Source: Octopus vulgaris (Eukaryota). From it: 64,000 nt of DNA. Positions within the stretch are counted from its first letter, which is position 1. The number at the start of each line of letters is the position of its first letter. The position numbers and the translations under genes are program-made. Positions 40,330 through 54,423 of the stretch are shown piece after piece. The stretch is taken from contig OX597818.1 in assembly GCA_951406725.2 (NCBI GenBank), positions 26,474,001-26,538,000 of the forward strand. Reading direction: 5' to 3'. The notes under the pieces were generated by a model that was not told the origin of the DNA, did no database searches, and saw only the letters and a list, made by a program, of their open reading frames with translations.

Positions 40330-40585
40330 AGAGCACAGATTGTCTCTTGGGGTTAAATTACAGCAACATTTGTCCTAAACCAGAATAATTGTTTGGCTAG
40401 AGGTGGTGCTGCTAAATTCCCGTTATGTTTAGCAACATAACATGGCAGTCCTGGTTTAGGACGAATGTTGCTGTAATATAAGGACACAGATCGTGTCATA
40501 TAGCCAGCTGGAGATGATGTCTCCTGGGGTTAAATCAAGCAACATTTGTCCTAAACCAGGACTGTCATGTTATGTTGGCAAATAA
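40330..40585. repeat. Inverted-repeat cassette (~45 bp arms plus a third partial copy)
   Basis: CAACATAACATGGCAGTCCTGGTTTAGGACGAATGTTGCT (~40433-40472) pairs with AGCAACATTTGTCCTAAACCAGGACTGTCATGTTATGTTG (~40538-40577). A partial direct copy of the right arm is at ~40357-40383. Confidence 0.85.
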
Positions 40586-40624
40586 TCTTTACTACAAAGT
40601 ACTGTTGCTGAATATCTCACATCG

Positions 40625-41610
40625 TGAGATTTTAAAATAGTAATTTTCTGCTTTGTGTATGTATAATAGATCATGTGTTCCTCTAGCCTTCTTCCTGCAA
40701 CCTTTCTGTTATTCTGGTAGTAAATTCTGGTTGTCAAGGTGCTTGTAAATACTTTCTGAAAGCATTCCTGTTTACAGCTTCCACATTAATGGCAAGCAGG
40801 TGATTGGTCTATAGTTGCTAATTGTATTACCCTTGCTTGTATCCTTCATGAGTATTGTTCTCCCTCTAATCTTCCAATTTGGTATTATTCCTCCATTAAG
40901 GCAATCCTGATGTTGTTCCTTCAGCCTCCCATTTCAACTACTGAATTTCTTTAGCCACTACCCTTGAACTAAACCTGGTTCTGGACCCTTCCAATTTGGT
41001 ATTTTCCCTCACTAATGCACTAGTTAATCGTAGATCTGGCTGCTTCTCACTCACTACTTCCTTCACTTTCTTTAACCATACTGCAACTCTATTATGATTG
41101 ACTGGTTTATCCCAAATATTACTCCAGAACTTTCTAGCTTCCTCTGCATTAGGTTTCTCCTCTTCAGTACTTTGTTTTCCACTATTTATTTGGTTATAAA
41201 ATCTCCTCTGGTTTATCTCTGGTCTAATTTATTCTGTTGATAGTGATCTATTCTTTTCTGATATCTGGAGAGCTTGCCTGCTACTGCTATGATACACTGT
41301 TACTCTTCTATTATTGTCCCAAATCCTTTCTCTTTGACCAAGTATCTTTGCATCTTGTGTTTCCTAATTAGTTTGTTTTCCAGGCTTCTATTCTACTTAG
41401 ATCTTGACCACTTTATTTTGTAGTCTCTTTTTCCACATTTGCACTTTTTAAATCTTTCCCTGTGAGACATCTAATCTTCTGGTGACTACTACCCCTCCTG
41501 CATAGATCAATAAGTTAGCGTCTTCTACATTTTTAGTATCTATCCTACTGATAACAGAATCTACTTTCCTAGTCATTTCTTGTACCTTCCTTCTGTTGGT
41601 ACCTTTATTA
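40625..41610 (-). mobile_element. R4/Dong-like non-LTR retrotransposon fragment
   Basis: Translates to PNWKGPEPGLVQG*WLKKF...GIIPNWKIRGRTILMKDTSKGNTISNYRPITCLPLMWKL...IYKHLDNQNLLPE*QKGCRKKARGTHDL. Confidence 0.85.
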
Positions 41611-42115
41611 TATAATGGCTTTTAGTCATTTTTATAGAAAGCTAGAAGTATGTTGGAAATTTCCAGCCAATGAAATACTTTCAATTTCTAATTCCAATTG
41701 GAGTGGTTGCTTTCCCTTTTTACCAATCCCATTGTACCAACCATTATTGGGATTAGCGAAAGTATAGTCATTTCTTCCCCCACTCTTTTGTATGTCTGCC
41801 TGTTTTTTTTTTTCTTTTTGTTTTGTTTCATGAGATTTCTCAGTCTCTTGAGGTTGTCTGAATAGAAATAAATAACAATTTTCTGTTAGTCTTATTTTTG
41901 TTGTATAGTTTTAGTGCTGTAATAGAATTTGATGTTTACAGAAGCATTTGGCACTAATAATTGTTATCTTGTAAAACACTGACAACATTTACAATGTAAC
42001 TAAGAAAATTAAAAATAAAAATATATTGAAGATAATTTCATATTTTCCTTTTTCACAATGTTAAAATATTTAAATTCTTAGAATTTTGAAATCTGATTAG
42101 ATTTAATTGACAACC

Positions 42116-42150
<35 letters not shown>

Positions 42151-42152
<2 letters not shown>

Positions 42153-42602
42153 GGTGGGGAACTGGCAGAATCGTTAGCACGCCAGGCAGAATGCTTAGCA
42201 GCATCTTGTCCATCTTTACATTCTGAGTTCAAACTCTGCTGAGGTTGACTTTGTCTTTCATCCTTTTGGGGTTGATAAAATAAGTATCAGTTGAGCACTG
42301 GGGTTGATGTAATCGACTTATAGCCCCTTCCCCAAACCTGCTGCCTTGTGCTAAAATTTGAAATCCTCATCATCATCATTATTATTAAGATGGCAAGCTG
42401 GTAGAATCAGTAGCATGCAGGGTAAAATGCTTTGTGGCATTTCATCTGTTTTTATGTTCTGAGTTCAAATTCTTCCAAGGTTGACTTTACCTTTCATCCT
42501 TTTGGGGGGGTCAATAAAATAAGTACCAGTCAAACACTGGGGTCAATGCAATTAACTTAGTACTCCCCCAAAATTCCAGGCCTTGTGCCTAAAGTAGAAA
42601 GG
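42151..42602 (+). mobile_element. Two tandem family B SINEs
   Basis: Copies at 42151-42365 and 42386-42602, preceded by (ATT)n. Confidence 0.88.
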
Positions 42603-42989
42603 ACTACTACTACTACTACTACTTTTTTATTGGTTTGGTTGCAGACCCTTTGAAATCAGTGAAATCAATGTGGTTACCATTTCTCTTGAACAGTTGCAAA
42701 TCAACAACCACAGGAAAATTAATTCTAATATATATGAAGCCTTGCTCTCTAAAACAATTTTTAGATTATATCTACTAATTCATACTTTGTGTAGTGACAA
42801 CCAATGAGGTAGCCTCTGTTTAGTCACTTGATATGCTAGAATTAACAGTTAAATTACAATCTAATAATTTTATTGAAAAAGGAAGGATATGTTGGATAAT
42901 GTAGTCTGAGTTAAACTGTCTGAGAAGATAAGAATGTCTTAAACCATCAGTGGACATAGGTCTGCTTGGTCAGGGATGATCAGGTTTAA

Positions 42990-43213
42990 CCCTTTAGCAT
43001 TCAGATTACTCTGTCAGATGTGAATCTTATTTATATCCATTGTTTTGAATTAATCATACATTATTTTGATGCTACAAGATTTTGATGCTACAAGATTTTG
43101 ATGATGTATTGTTTATTTTTAGAGTAATAGTGTAGGGTAGATGTAAGAGATCAGTTATGACCAGTTTGAACATAAAAGAGGTTAAATATTTGGGCTGGAT
43201 ACAACTGGTTAAA
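42990..43213. mobile_element. piggyBac-type MITE M1, right end eroded
   Basis: TTAA|CCCTTTAGCATTCAGATTACTCTGTC, with a body similar to 26376-26569. Confidence 0.7.
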
Positions 43214-44275
43214 TGACAACTATATGGGTGTGTTATAGAATTTAAATTTCTCCAAGTAAAGATGATGATATATAAATCTGTAATCATGATGATGTATTAC
43301 ATCAGTATAATAAGTAGTAAAATTTTCATAGTAAAGTTTTAGGTATGTAGTATAGGTTGTATGATATTTACTGTACTATTTTTTATTGCTTTTAATTACC
43401 ATTTATGAGGAACAAATGTCATTGACCAGTTAGAATGTATTTTTGTTACTTCTATTTTCTTTCTCTTGATTCACAAAGTATAAAAGCATATGAGTCCTTT
43501 TTAACAAGGCTGTAACAGAGAACTATCACATAATAGAAGACCCAAAAGCTGAACTTTATTTTAAAACTGTAAATGGAAAGAAACCATGAAGCTACATCTT
43601 CCATAAATGCTGGCATTCAGATTCTTTCCTTCATTACTATTGGTACTCATAAGTTTTAAATACCACCCTTTATGATTTTGATGATCTTTTTTTTTCTCTT
43701 TTCTTTCATATAGACTTTACTGATAGTAAAAGTGTGCTTGTATGCAATGTTTGCAATTGTGTGTATTTTTTCTCAAATGTTATGTTTAGTCAAACAGTTT
43801 CCATAGCAGTGGTGTAATGTTATTGGTTTATTGAGCAATCATCTCTATACTTTGATTATATTTGCAATGTATATTGATTTTGCCTATACAGAGCAGTGTG
43901 TTCACATTTCTATCGATTCATTTTTTTTTTGTCTTCTTCTGACATCATTGTTTTCAGTCATAGCCATGTTGTCGCAAACTATAGCAACAAGAATTGATAT
44001 AGCTTAATAATACCATTATGTACCTCTAAATAAGTTAAATCTTGCTTAGAACACAATGTAAGTACTAAATTGAGCACTGGCTATCAGATATAGTAGTAAA
44101 GGATAACATCTGTGTTGTTTATTTTTTCTCTTAATTATATATTCTACATTTACATATTCTTGAAGCATGTGCATTTTTTTTTTATGCTGCTTGTTGTCCT
44201 TTCTGCTGCTAACCATTTAATGGTGAAGTGAGATTAGCATCTATTTCTAATCTTAACAGACTGAATGCAGGAGAT

Positions 44276-44430
44276 TGCAGGTATGGCTGTGTGGTTAAGA
44301 AGCTTGCTTTGCAACCATGTGGCTTTCGGTTCAGTCTTACTGCACACCATGTTGAGCTAGTGTCTTCTCCTATAGCCCTGGGCCAATCACTGCCTCATGA
44401 ATTTGGGAGACATAAACTTTTTGGAAGTCT

Positions 44431-44481
<51 letters not shown>

Positions 44482-44675
44482 ATGCATGTTTGTTCCTCTG
44501 CTATCACTTGACAACCGGTGCTGATTTGTTTGTGCCCCCATAGCTTAGCAGTTCAGCAAAAAAAAGATTGATAGACCTTAAAAATATAAATACTGGGGGT
44601 AATTTGTTCAGCTAAACCCTTGAAGGCAGTACCCTCGTATGGCCACAGTCCAGTGACTGATATCAGTAAAAGATA
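44276..44675 (+). mobile_element. Family A SINE, diverged
   Basis: Head, CORE-like part, (TG)n and tail are all recognisable. Confidence 0.8.
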
Positions 44676-45147
44676 AAAAAAAATTGAAGATAACATACAT
44701 CTATGTTTCAACATTCTTTTACTCATTCTAACATCACGGGTAGGGTCTTGGTATGGCACTATCATATGTGTTTGTATACTTTTTTTTACTAGTTTTAGTC
44801 AATGGACAGCAGCCATGCTTGGGCGCTGCCTTTAAATATTTTTAGTCAATTATATAGATTCCAGTCACTAATTTATGATTGTCATATAAGGATATGACAG
44901 GCACCACAACCGTTTACAACAGTATGCATAAACATAACAGTCTCCCTTTCTCTTTCTCTCTCTCTCTCACACACACACACATGCACACACATATATTCAT
45001 GTGTATGATGTTAAAAAAAATCACCTGCCAATGTGCCGTGCTGTAGAAGTGAACCTAAAACCACGGAACCATGTAGATGCAAAGAAAATTTCTTAACTAC
45101 ATGGTTAACTACACACTTAAAATGCTTTGGATTAGAGGTTTTCTCTT

Positions 45148-45385
45148 AAGGCAGCAAGCTAGCAGAATCTTTAGCACACCAGACAAAATACTGCTAAGCA
45201 TTTTGTCTGTCTGTACATTCTGAGTTCAAATTCCACTGAGGTCAACTTTGCCATTCATCCTTTCAAGGCCAATGAAATAGGTATGAGTTCAGTAGTGGGG
45301 TTGATGTAATCATGAGTTCAGTAGTGGGGTTGATGTAATCAACAAACCCCCTCCCCTAAAAGCTTCAGGCCTTGTAGAAAAGATT
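45148..45385 (+). mobile_element. Family B SINE with internal ~30 bp duplication
   Basis: ATGAGTTCAGTAGTGGGGTTGATGTAATC occurs twice. Confidence 0.8.
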
Positions 45386-46394
45386 ATAGGTTTTCTCAAT
45401 CTGAGTTGACCTTGGGTTAAATGACAACTATATAATGTGTTCTGTAATTCTATTTGTGTTTTAATAAACTTCCCGTGAGTGAAAATAGAGAAATATAAAT
45501 TTTCTTCATTTATTATACCTGGTCTGATGGAAGATTGAAATGACTATCAGGATTGTCTTTCCATTTTTTCCCTCCATCTATTGAGTTTATTTGAAAAAAA
45601 CTTACTACAGTAAGTTTTTGACAGTTAAAGGAAGGTTAAAAGAGTCATACTTGAATTCCGACAATTAGTGCTTTGACATTCTTGCAGTGCTCTTTGAGGA
45701 AAATTTTAGTAGGTTAAGTCTAATTAACATGTCTATACAACTAAAGAAAAAAGAAGCACGCTTAGTTTTAATTAGGATGTGTGTGTGTGTGTGTGTGCAT
45801 TCCTTTCAGTCTATCAGTTTGTGTATATGTCCATCACACTGTCTGTAGTTGAATATAAATAAGTATCATCATCATCATCCTTTTACATCTGGTATTCCTT
45901 TTTTCATATTTTCACATCTTGGATGGGTCTTTTGGCATCTTGCCTCCTGTCAAGATCCTTTGCCATTTATTATTCACAGCAACCAAGAAAAATCACCAAT
46001 TTCTCTTGACGTATATGTCATGTTATTTTGTTATGGATTTCATGGTTGGATGTCTTCCCTATTACTAATCATTTTACAGCATGAACTGGGTGTCCAAGCA
46101 TTTCTGCATTCTCAGAGTCATAGAATTGCTAACTCTAAGCCCCCTTGGGTAGCTGGCAGTGGACAATTTTGGACTACTTGCTTTATATAAGAAACGCATG
46201 TACTTAAATTTGATTCTAATTTCTCATCCAGAGAACAAGATAGGAGTTACATACTTCTTTAGAAGAATTGATGTCTGAGACACTAGTTGAGTTAAAATAT
46301 TTCCAAAATATTTAATCTCTATTTTATGATCAGGAATTGAATTGTGAGTTTAATAATAATTACCAATAAGGATTGAATTTACTCTTATTATTTT

Positions 46395-46790
46395 GTGCCC
46401 GTGCTAGTAGGGTGCCAAGAGCACCATCTGAGCATGATCGTTGCCAGAGCGGCTAACTGGCTTCCATGCCGGTGGCACATCAAAGGCACCATTCAAGCGT
46501 AATTGTTACCAGCATCGCCTTACTGGCATCTGTGCCGGTGGCATGTGTAAAAAGATTTGAGCAAGGTCATTGCCAGTACCGCCTGACTGGTCCCTGTGCC
46601 GGTAGCATGTAAAAAGCACCCACTACACTCTCGGAGTGGTTGGTGTTAGGAAGGGCATCCAGCTGTAGAAACTCTGCCAGATCAAGATTGGAGCCTGGTG
46701 CAGCCTTCTGGTTTGCCAGCCCTCAGTCAAAATCGTCCAACCCATGCTAGCGTGGAAAGCGGATGTTAAACGACGATGATGACGATGAAG
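46395..46790 (+). mobile_element. Long family D copy
   Basis: Colinear with 18840-19282. Confidence 0.88.
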
Positions 46791-48297
46791 AAGAAGTTTA
46801 GCTATAACAGAATAATATTATTTTTCATCTGGTAGCTTTTTCTTTTCATGAAAATGTTAGTTATGATTGTCTTTATGATTTTAAACTCTCCAATATTGGC
46901 AAACAAATCCACTATAAATATTTTTTAAACATTTTCATGATACTTTATGTTTATTTTGTAAAAAAAATAATAAATAATATGATATTTAGCTTGTCTTAGT
47001 CATCAATGTAACCTGAATGTAATGTGTTTACAATAAAGTTAGAGGGTTTGAGTGTTTTACTAAAATGTTTGTTACAAACAAAACAATAAATTGGTTGCAA
47101 TTAGCTGCTGATGGAATGTGACAGAGTACCGTATTTCATCATTCTTGTTGTTGTTGGCAACATCTTAATCATAATCATCCTCATAACAAGTGGTTCTCAA
47201 CTGGGGTCGATATAAGATGTTGAGGGGGAGGTCCACACAGGCAAAATAGTGAATTAGGGATCCATAAGTGATATTTTAAGGGTCGTCTTTTTGGCTCACC
47301 ACATTAAGTATGTCAGCTCTGACTTTAAAGAAACATTTACATCTTGCTAATAGTAAAAAATAATTTTGTTGGCTGGTTGTTGAACACTTGCAATTTGAAT
47401 TGCTTCAATTGTTATTCTCCCTCCTCACAACACACATTTTTTATAATATACACACCCCTACTTTTACCACTTAGCTACTAGCAGTTACAGTAATGACCAG
47501 AAATATAACTAGTGGAAAAAAATCTGTTTGGCTGGTAGACAATACAAGTGCTCTCCATTTTGATAGGCATCAATTGAAATGGAAAATATTTATTATACTT
47601 GATAGTCTCTTTGCTAAAGTATATATTTCTTGATGATGAGGTACAATGACTGCATTAAATAATGGACTGCTGCCCATATACATAATGCATGCGTATGCAC
47701 ACACACACAAAACACAAATACAAACAAACAAACATTTAGTTATGTGTTCTGACCTTATTGAAGTTAATATGTTGTATCCCTCACCATCATTTAACATCCA
47801 CTTTCCATGCTGGTATGATTGGATGGTTTGACAGGATCTGCTGAACTGCAAGGTTGCACTGAGCTCCACTGTCAGCTTTGGTGTGGTTCCTACAGTTGAG
47901 TGCCCTTCCTAAAATGGGAGTGAAAAGAAAAAAAATTAACACAATTTAGCTTATTTATGACAAATTTTCATTTCAGTGTTGATTGGTTGGTTAGCAATAG
48001 GATGAATATTAGAGCATCCGTATGTAAGAAATACATATTCTTTCAGCAGTTAGGGAGAAGTGAGTGAATACTGAAGAATGAAAATTGAAATTAGTTGATC
48101 TGATCTTCTTCCTTGGTTGTTGCAAGTTCTGTAGCATAACCATGGTGTCTATCTTCATACTGGGGTTAAATATATGCTTATTAAACATAGCATTTGGTTG
48201 TGATCCTATTTACAAATTTAACAGCAGTCGTACTGTTTTGGTGCCCCTGTTAATTAATGAGCATATGTATGTATGTATGTATGTGTGTGTATATGTA

Positions 48298-48349
<52 letters not shown>

Positions 48350-48351
<2 letters not shown>

Positions 48352-48520
48352 TAAACAAAACAAGAAAGCACAAAAAAACACAACAACGCGAGGATGTGGA
48401 ACAAATATAGTATTACTGGACACTCAGGAAAGAAGGAAAAAAGGAGGGTTTAACGTTTCGAGCGGAGCTCTTCGTTGGAAACATAGGAGAAGGAAAGATC
48501 CAGAGAAGGGAAGACAGAGG

Positions 48521-48530
<10 letters not shown>
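48350..48530 (-). mobile_element. Short repeat with minimal hammerhead-like motif (48448-48482)
   Basis: Minus strand reads GTTT-CCAACGA-A-GAGC-TCC-GCTC-GAAA-CG-TT-AAAC. Confidence 0.6.
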
Positions 48531-48559
<29 letters not shown>

Positions 48560-48564
<5 letters not shown>

Positions 48565-48790
48565 GTGGCATGTAAAAAGCACCATCCGATCGTGGCCGTT
48601 TGCCAGCCTTGTCTGGCACGTAAAAAGCACCCACTACACTCACGGTGGGGTTGGCATTAGGAAGGACATCCAGCTGTAGAAACACTGCCAGATCAGACTG
48701 GGCCTGGTGCAGCCTTCTGGCTTCCCAGACCCCAGTTGAACCGTCAAACCCATGCCAGCATGGAAAGCGGACGTTAAATGATGATGATGA
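48560..48790 (+). mobile_element. Family D repeat
   Basis: Family body and (GAT)n tail. Confidence 0.88.
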
Positions 48791-48804
48791 TATATATATA
48801 GTTA

Positions 48805-49130
48805 AAGACCCCTTCGTTCATGAATAACCATGGGATTGCACCTAGAAAGTTCCCCTCTCAGGCACAAGTCCAGGCAAGGTTGTTTATGGAAGACCGGCAG
48901 TTGCCCATGCATACCAACCTCCCCTCCCCATGCCACTGATATTGTCCAAGGGAAAGGTAAAGGCTGATACAGCTTGGCACCAGTGACATCGCAACTCATT
49001 TCTACTGCTGAGTCAACTGGAGCAATGTGAAATAAAGTGTCTTGCTCAAGAATACAACACACAGCCTGGTCTGGGAATTGAACTCACTACCTCATGATTG
49101 TGAGCCTGATGCTCTAACCACTGAGCCATG
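48805..49130 (-). mobile_element. Family C tRNA-derived SINE
   Basis: Reverse complement of 15252-15600. Confidence 0.85.
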
Positions 49131-49358
49131 ACTGTATGGTTAAGGAGGTTACTTCCCAATTATGTGGTCCTGAGTTCACTCCTATTGCATGAGATCCTGG
49201 GCTAGTATCTTTTATCATATCTTTGGGTCAACCCAGGCCTTGCTAGTGAAATAGGATAAATGGAAACTGTGTAGGTGTTCACTGAATGATTATTCCAGTA
49301 ATTCAAAGGTGTGACTTTGTCACACTGTCATGCTGATTCTGCCTAAGAATTATGTTAA

Positions 49359-49625
49359 CCATTTAGGTTGATGATGATGATGATTTAGGATTCAGATTAA
49401 TGATTTAGGATTCAGATTAATCTGTCAAATGTAATGCTTATTTATTCATATCATTTTTAATTAATCATGCATTATCTCATAGCTTTGAGATTTCTATGAG
49501 GTGATTGCTTATTTTTACTATGATGTTGTAGGTCAGGTTTAAAAAGTGAGACCTTATTTGGCTTGTTTGAATATAAACCACATACAGTGTTTAGGCTAGG
49601 TACGGTTACTTTATATGCTAAAGGG
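49359..49625. mobile_element. piggyBac-type MITE M1
   Basis: TTAA|CCATTTAGG...ATGCTAAAGGG|TTAA, with a small internal duplication. Confidence 0.75.
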
Positions 49626-49731
49626 TTAAGGCACAATTGTCTGCACAATGTTCAATCGCTTCTACACAAGCTCAACTAGCTGGTTGATCAGTTGATTGAA
49701 CAACTGAATGCTTGTCATTGAAACCACCTAA

Positions 49732-49768
<37 letters not shown>

Positions 49769-50057
49769 ACTCACACTCATTCACCCTCCCTCCCCTCTCT
49801 CTCTGAAGAACAAATGTCAATGCAGCAAAATAAAGTACAATACTTTACTGTACTTTGAGAAGTAACGATCCATTTTCTATATGGTAGAAACCTTCTTTTA
49901 ATGACAATTAATGAATTAACACAAATTAGCACAAATTCTCTTTACTCTAATTAACAACCCATTTTCCATTATTTTTTTTGAATGCCTGTTGCTTGAGTTT
50001 TCCAGAGTTATTTTAGTACTGGTTAAGAGTGTGTGTGTGTATATATATGTATATATA

Positions 50058-50105
<48 letters not shown>

Positions 50106-50396
50106 TAGATAGATAGGTACAGTTAGATGCACTCGACATATAGCAATTAAATCACATAAATTTTATCTCAAGTATTAATTATTTTAAATTCCCATTGTTG
50201 TTTGTACACAGAAGTTGTCCAAATCCAATGGTAGGCTATGATGTCATACAATGAGCATAACAATAATAATAAGAGATAACATGGGTATAACTTGGTACTC
50301 TTAATCCATGCTTGCACCATAAGCTGCACCTACTGGTTGCATCTGAATACTGAAACGCATGTAACAATTAGAATATATATACATTGTGTGTGTGTG

Positions 50397-50444
<48 letters not shown>

Positions 50445-50447
<3 letters not shown>

Positions 50448-50640
50448 AGAGTTTGAAAAAAACAAAAGACGAAGGCAGGTGGTGTACAAAACAAACAGAT
50501 GTATTAGTATAACGCTCAGGAATAGAAAAAGTCTTCTACGTTTCGAGCCTGTGCTCTTCTACAGAAAGGGACACAGAAAACAAGGAGAGAAACACGAGGA
50601 GAAAAAAATGTGTGTGGTGGCTAACGATCTATCATGGCGT
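50445..50640 (-). mobile_element. Short repeat with minimal hammerhead-like motif (50533-50568)
   Basis: Minus strand reads CTTT-CTGTAGA-A-GAGC-ACAG-GCTC-GAAA-CG-TA-GAAG. Confidence 0.6.
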
Positions 50641-53600
50641 CATCTATCTATCTATATATATATATATATAACTGTCTGTTTATCATGTTTAATGTATATA
50701 CACTAATAAGTGGTATGATGCTGTGGATTTTTGTCGGAAAGAAAACCTCTTCATAGCCATGCTATATTAAATAAAAATCATTCTGAAAAAAATCAAAAAA
50801 AAATCATTCTAGCAGAAATTTACAAGAATATCAGAGGCATTTCGGTCTTCTTGGACCTTGTCAATGGCAAGAACTCATTAGTCACATGCTGACATGAAAT
50901 CTGTCCCTCCAGTATATAGGAAGCAGGGAATAATAACCATTGATATTTTGAATAACTGCTGGGTTGAATAAAATCTCAGTGTACTAAATTGAAACAGTAT
51001 TAAATTATTATACCATATTAAGCTCTCATTTGCAGGTTGAAATAAAGATTGATTTAGAAAATCAGTTGTGCTTTGGTTACTTCAATATTTGATCTCTCTG
51101 CTTGCAATGAAACCTTCTCATTGATCATCCTGTCTTGCCTCTAGTTTCTTAGTATGTACTATCCATAGTCTTCTTTGGTGGACAGTTTGAAATCGCTCCG
51201 TGTCTCTTCTACAATACCTAGCTTTCACAACAGTAGGTGAGAGTAGCTATCATTACTGCATTGTATACAATTAATTTATCATTGACAGAAAAATTCATAT
51301 TGCTGTTGACATGCTTTTGTTGAGAACTGTCTGCTGAGTTGACTGCACAGTGCATTCTCTGTTTCTTTGTCTATTGCAATACTGTTGGAGACATATCTTT
51401 CTAAGTATTTGTAAGAAGTAGTGCCACATTCGTGGGACTGTGTGATGCAAGTCTAGGCATAGTCTCTTCTGAATCCTTTATGCCTTAACTAGAGAACCAT
51501 CTTCTACTGTTTCTCCCATAGCTGGGACCCTAGATTGATACTGCTTTCCTGAATCAGCATGAACCTGAGAGCAGTAGTGACTAAAGGATAATTCCTCATA
51601 CTTCCCATAATTCCTGATTTCTGAGCTGGAGACTCACCATTGGATGCAGTTTACTGTATTGCCCAGGGCTACATTATATCATGTAACACAAAACAAATGT
51701 TGATAGAACTCATTAGTTGATAACATAACCATTTTATGTGAAATACCAGGAAACAAAAATTAAATTAGTTAAGTTGTATAAATGTAATGCAAATCTCTAT
51801 TATATATAGCATATTTCAGTAATAGACTAAATAATTATGCATCTAATGCCACAAGCAAACTATTTCCAGAATGACTATTTCCGAAACAAACTTGATCTCA
51901 ATAGTCAGGAAATTTGGAGTCCCATGATAAAAATGAGAAACAATCATAAAAGCTTTCTCATGAATCTTACTTACAATAAAAATGGCAGTAATAACTGCTA
52001 CTAAAATCATTTAACCTGAAGATAAGATGGGAGGTATTGAAACATGGGAAATTTATTGTTCCAAACAAAGCATAAAGGATTACTGATGGTATATCAAAAA
52101 CCCTTAATAAAACATTAAAACCAGAGTATTGTCAAATTTCCAATAACTTAAAAATGTATATATGCATACACTCCCATATCTATCTATTTGTTTGTTTGTC
52201 TGCCCATCTATCCATCCATCCATCCATCTGTCTGAATATACTTGTATATGTATTGTATTGTGTATGATTTACATAGGTGCGTGTTTACAAATATATAAAA
52301 ACATTTGTATATAGAAGATGAAATCAGAAATATATGTTAGTTCACTTGTATGTATATTGTAAAATCTATAAATGTTCTATTTAATAAATTCTAGAGGATA
52401 AACATAAAGAAATATTTATTCTGGCTTGGATAATGGTTGACTGTAATAAAGTTGGATTTGAAAAAAAGACTTGTATTGTTTGTTAGTTTCTTTTAACTCA
52501 TTCTATCATGATAATATTGATGGCTTTTCTTTTATAGCATTGTCAAAAAATATATATAAATAATACTAAATTTTTATTTTTCATCATAACTTCAAAAGTA
52601 CTTGACTTTTAAATGGATAGACCCCCATTGTAAATAATACATGGTATTAACTAGAACCTATTACAGGAAGGTATTCATTTCCTTATGGTGTCAACTAACT
52701 GAATTAATTGTTAAGTTACATAGCTTCTCATAACTGTTTGAAACAATATATTTATCATAGCTGAAAGGTTTTGGGTTGCTTTACTTTTTCCTTTTATTTG
52801 TTTATTTATTTTGTCATCTTGAATAAATTCTTTTAACATATGTTTTTTGAAAGCCTCTCCCTTTTGCGTTCTGACTTTATACCATGTCAATAAAATGTAG
52901 AAGAATTGCTTTTGTTTAGTTATATGAAACCTATGTTATCACTTTGTTTTACATTTTCTCTCTTACCACATTTAAATGTTAGTTTCTATTTAATACTTTA
53001 AGTTCTAGATGTCTACTGACATATAAACATATGTATGTTTCATCTTAATTTTATTCCCACCTACCTATTCAAGCTGTCACTCATGCTTAACAATTTAGTT
53101 AACTTGTATGGTTTATGTCAAACCTGTTCACCTCTAGTATATTAAAACAACCACAAAATCACTGCCTGTATACCTATATAGACATTACTATTTATACCAT
53201 TTTGGGAACCAACTGTTGATATAATGTTTGTTGAAGCAATTAAAGATTAGTTGAAATAAAGGCTACAGTGATGGCTTGGTCATTTCATTAGTTTTAATGA
53301 ACTGATAAAAAACAACTTCAGAGAATATTAATTCAAAAGAATTGTATTATGATGTTTAGTCCTAAGTTTCTAAAATGTAAGAAGAAAACAGTAAAAACCT
53401 TCATATTAAGAGGACAGTCATAAATTAGAGACAGTATGTTGCTTATAGCAGACAAAGCATAATTAGTATGTGGAAACAATAATTTCCATCTGTAATAATG
53501 ATGTCATGAAAGCATCACTGTAGCAAATGTTATAAACGATTACTTACATGTTGACACTTATCCCAACACTGAAGTAAGTCTCTTAACTCATTGTGTTGCA

Positions 53601-54129
53601 GACATACCAATGAAGATTTCATCTTCTTATTGTATATCTTTGGGTAAGCCACATTAACAGAGCCCTCCTCTTTCCACTCTATACTGAAAGATATGCACTG
53701 GCATACAGACATGCAAGTGTTTATACATATACAACAACCTTCTGCACAGGTTTCACTTAACTAATTCCTCTGACAAGACACTTGTTATTTGAAGGCTTTC
53801 CCAAGTCTCATACAGCCATGTCACCTATTCTGCAGTACCAGTTTGCAGTTAGTACTGGGCTATTTGAAAGTTTAGTGTCTTAGCCACAAACACAACAGAT
53901 TGCTTGCTAATCATAGAATACAAACTGCTGACTACTTAGTTTGTTGACTTAGCCACCTGAGCTCTACATAATCTAAAATCTAATCCAAATCATGGGAAGT
54001 CAGTTTCAATGGCAAATCTGAGCTGAAGAACTGGAATGATAAATATGTATTTATGGACTGTTTGTTGATGATGCAGACCATCTCGAGTTTCCTTGGATAC
54101 CAGATTTTAACCTCTGTTATATATGCCTA

Positions 54130-54423
54130 TTAAGAACCCACTTTTCTTTTCTTTTGGTTTCTCTGGAATCTATCTTAAGTACAATATACCATGCTTTACA
54201 AACTATAATTAGTAAAAATCCACTTGAGTTATGGTTATGGGCAAAATTAAGAGCAATTGGGATCAGTCAATTTTAAAGTTATATCCAAAGTTTGTTACAG
54301 ATATAAGTTAACAATACCATTTCAATACACTTATAAACACTGAGTTTATGCTTATGTTTATTGAGTTAATACTTAAACAAAAATATTCAAGAGGTTACCT
54401 TTCTATGTATTTATCTGTCTTGG
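54130..54423 (+). repeat. ~290 bp direct repeat, copy 1
   Basis: Near-identical to 56710-57000. Confidence 0.95.
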
